From: Promethearchaeota archaeon | GTDB lineage: Archaea; Asgardarchaeota; Lokiarchaeia; Sigyniarchaeales; SOKP01 | DNA length: 64,000 bases | Direction: 5' to 3' | Assembly (NCBI GenBank): GCA_008080735.1 | Contig: SHMW01000002.1 | Location: 67,188 to 131,187, forward strand | Part shown: positions 62,349 through 64,000 of the stretch, piece by piece | Numbering within the stretch: position 1 is the first letter of the stretch | How the letters are laid out: each line of letters begins with the position of its first letter | Program-made: the position numbers and the translations under genes | Notes under the pieces: model-generated | The model's input: the letters and a program-made list of their open reading frames with translations, nothing else | What the model was told of the DNA's origin: nothing | The model's database searches: none

Positions 62349-64000
62349 TTAATGTTTGGTTGCTTTTAATTTCACTGAGAGGTCTCGAGCCCGTTTAGAA
62401 TACCATACCAATAATTCACCGGCATCATCAGGCTTGAAATATTCTCCTCCGCATAGTTGGGCGGCCCTATTCATCAATTCATCATCGGGATTTCCAAGTC
62501 CAACTATATAAATTACAACATTTGGATTTTCGGCAAATTGCTGGATAGCTTTAAAGAATGCATCTCCATCAGTAGGGACTCCATCTGTAAGCAGAACAAT
62601 CATGGTGGGCTGGTCTGGGTTCATTTGATTGAATTCATCCAGAACGGTCTTTGCTTTAATCATCGCACTCCCCATATTGGTTGCTTGGCCGTACGCATTG
62701 CCGATCCTATCAACTATCATTCGAGCAGCATCCTCTAAAACACCTTTTTTACCGCTCGCAGAGTCCATATAGAAACTCCCTCCAAATGGAAGAATTTGGG
62801 ACTCATCGGCGAATCGTATTACTGATACTTTCTCTCCGAATCCTCTCCCAACTTTTTCACTGAGAAATAGGACAGCAGCAAATGCAGCGGAGATTCTACG
62901 TGGAATATTAACACCTTCTTTAAATTTTTTAAGAAATTCTTGGATTTCTCGACTTTCCATGGCTGCTTTAATTCCTTCAATCGCGGGGGCGATATTCGTT
63001 ACCAATACATCTCTTGCCATCATCGAACGACTGATATCAAGAATGAGTATAGCATTGAACGGAATTAATCCTTGGGGCGAGAGAGTTAATGCGCTATTTG
63101 GTGTGATTTCAGCAAGCACATCGCCAGTCAAGTCTGGCACACAGCTGAGGATTGAACATGCGATATTTACGGCTTTCCATCGTAATTTGATTCCCTTAAA
63201 GATGATGTATTTAGAAAGCCATTCTTTAAGCTGTCCAATATTTTGTCTCGCGGTGCTTACAATTTCCCACATATTTTCTCCAGAGATGGGAGAAATTCCT
63301 AATGACACACTCTGGAGGGGAATAATCTGTCGACGATTTTTTGATACTTCCACTTCAAAACTACCTATTCCCGAAGCTTCCAATATCTCGCTATCAATTA
63401 CCACCACATTATCCGAAATGGTTTCAGAAATATCTACTTTACCGGCGCCCATCGCGCCTGTTAATTCATCTTCAAACGCTATAACATCATCCTTTTGAAG
63501 GGATAGACTGTGCTGCGTCCTCGGACTAACCAAACAATATCCTTCTAACCCTGGACGAGAATCTACCTCTAAAATAAGACTCTCTGTTTTTTGAATCGGA
63601 GGTTCTGTCGAGAAGAGTACGATTTGATCGGATTGGATATTTGTATCTTCTTTCGTATCTTGGCTAATTCGAATCTGATTATCATTTATCTGTGCTTGGT
63701 CTATACGGGCAGAACCATTTGACCTAGTAAGGGGATCTTCCCATGCAATGAGCATGCCTTGGCCAAGTCCGAGTTTTTGTAAGTTATTAGGACTTAATTG
63801 AATACGACCCCCTTCTATTTTGGAAGATACAACGGGTTGGACAATAATTCCGTTTTTCTGTTCTGCGAGTATATTAGGGTCAATTCGGTTTGGATAAGGT
63901 TCTGGCTCGACCTCTTGCATTACAGGTTCTTGTCCCATAGAGGATTGTGTTGAATATGAATTCGGAGCGGGAGGTGCTCCTTGTGATGGGGATTTTGGAG
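62349..64000 (-). CDS. Cdc48-N-like (tandem double-psi barrel) + vWA protein, 5' end beyond the window
   Basis: Frame stays open past 63938 to the edge (PKSPSQGAPPAPN); two DPBB-like repeats (LSP..LGL..G..WEDPLT / VSP..LSL..D..FEDELT); MIDAS DISRSM, AT, LLTDG. Confidence 0.8.
   Translation of the reverse strand, partial: PKSPSQGAPPAPNSYSTQSSMGQEPVMQEVEPEPYPNRIDPNILAEQKNGIIVQPVVSSKIEGGRIQLSPNNLQKLGLGQGMLIAWEDPLTRSNGSARIDQAQINDNQIRISQDTKEDTNIQSDQIVLFSTEPPIQKTESLILEVDSRPGLEGYCLVSPRTQHSLSLQKDDVIAFEDELTGAMGAGKVDISETISDNVVVIDSEILEASGIGSFEVEVSKNRRQIIPLQSVSLGISPISGENMWEIVSTARQNIGQLKEWLSKYIIFKGIKLRWKAVNIACSILSCVPDLTGDVLAEITPNSALTLSPQGLIPFNAILILDISRSMMARDVLVTNIAPAIEGIKAAMESREIQEFLKKFKEGVNIPRRISAAFAAVLFLSEKVGRGFGEKVSVIRFADESQILPFGGSFYMDSASGKKGVLEDAARMIVDRIGNAYGQATNMGSAMIKAKTVLDEFNQMNPDQPTMIVLLTDGVPTDGDAFFKAIQQFAENPNVVIYIVGLGNPDDELMNRAAQLCGGEYFKPDDAGELLVWYSKRARDLSVKLKATKH

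Noticed and set aside
323-63498. Numerous short antisense/overlapping ORFs in the track (e.g. 9661-10095, 20876-21264, 28023-28421, 37220-37657, 62959-63498)
   Set aside because: Shadows of well-supported genes on the other strand or frame, with no motifs of their own.

Overview
AT-rich archaeal chromosomal window, most likely an Asgard archaeon of the Lokiarchaeia type. This is inferred from the actin-family gene, standalone roadblock, MglA-like GTPase, LRR remnant, FAU-1, AOR, archaeal-type GatAB/AsnRS and expanded 7TM paralogs. Left to right: (1) a glycolipid/sugar-acid catabolic cluster (GH5 endoglycoceramidase-like, KDG kinase, BKACE, two SDRs, two Gfo/Idh/MocA, M24 peptidase); (2) PiT/DUF47, an MFS gene with an in-frame TGA, GNAT and roadblock; (3) asnS-gatA-gatB and a head-to-head cofE/folP pair; (4) gyrB-gyrA; (5) a decayed accessory zone at about 29.4-39.9 kb with IS200/IS605 and IS630 remnants, toxin-antitoxin genes, a 250-bp duplication of the GTPase 3' end, and a split LRR pseudogene surrounding a cell-surface protein gene; (6) an ArsR-ADH-AOR-CCG-LUD redox operon bracketed by three paralogous 7TM proteins; (7) a long minus-strand run whose upstream part is the most unusual locus: Cdc48-N-like/vWA protein, AbrB-ACT regulator, Pro-rich coiled-coil protein, divergent actin-related protein, alpha-solenoid protein with a catalytically dead CHAT (caspase-like) domain, and a coiled-coil protein with a dead PLD-like domain. 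No rRNA, tRNA or CRISPR array was recognised. All family calls come from reading motifs by eye; no database searches were run.
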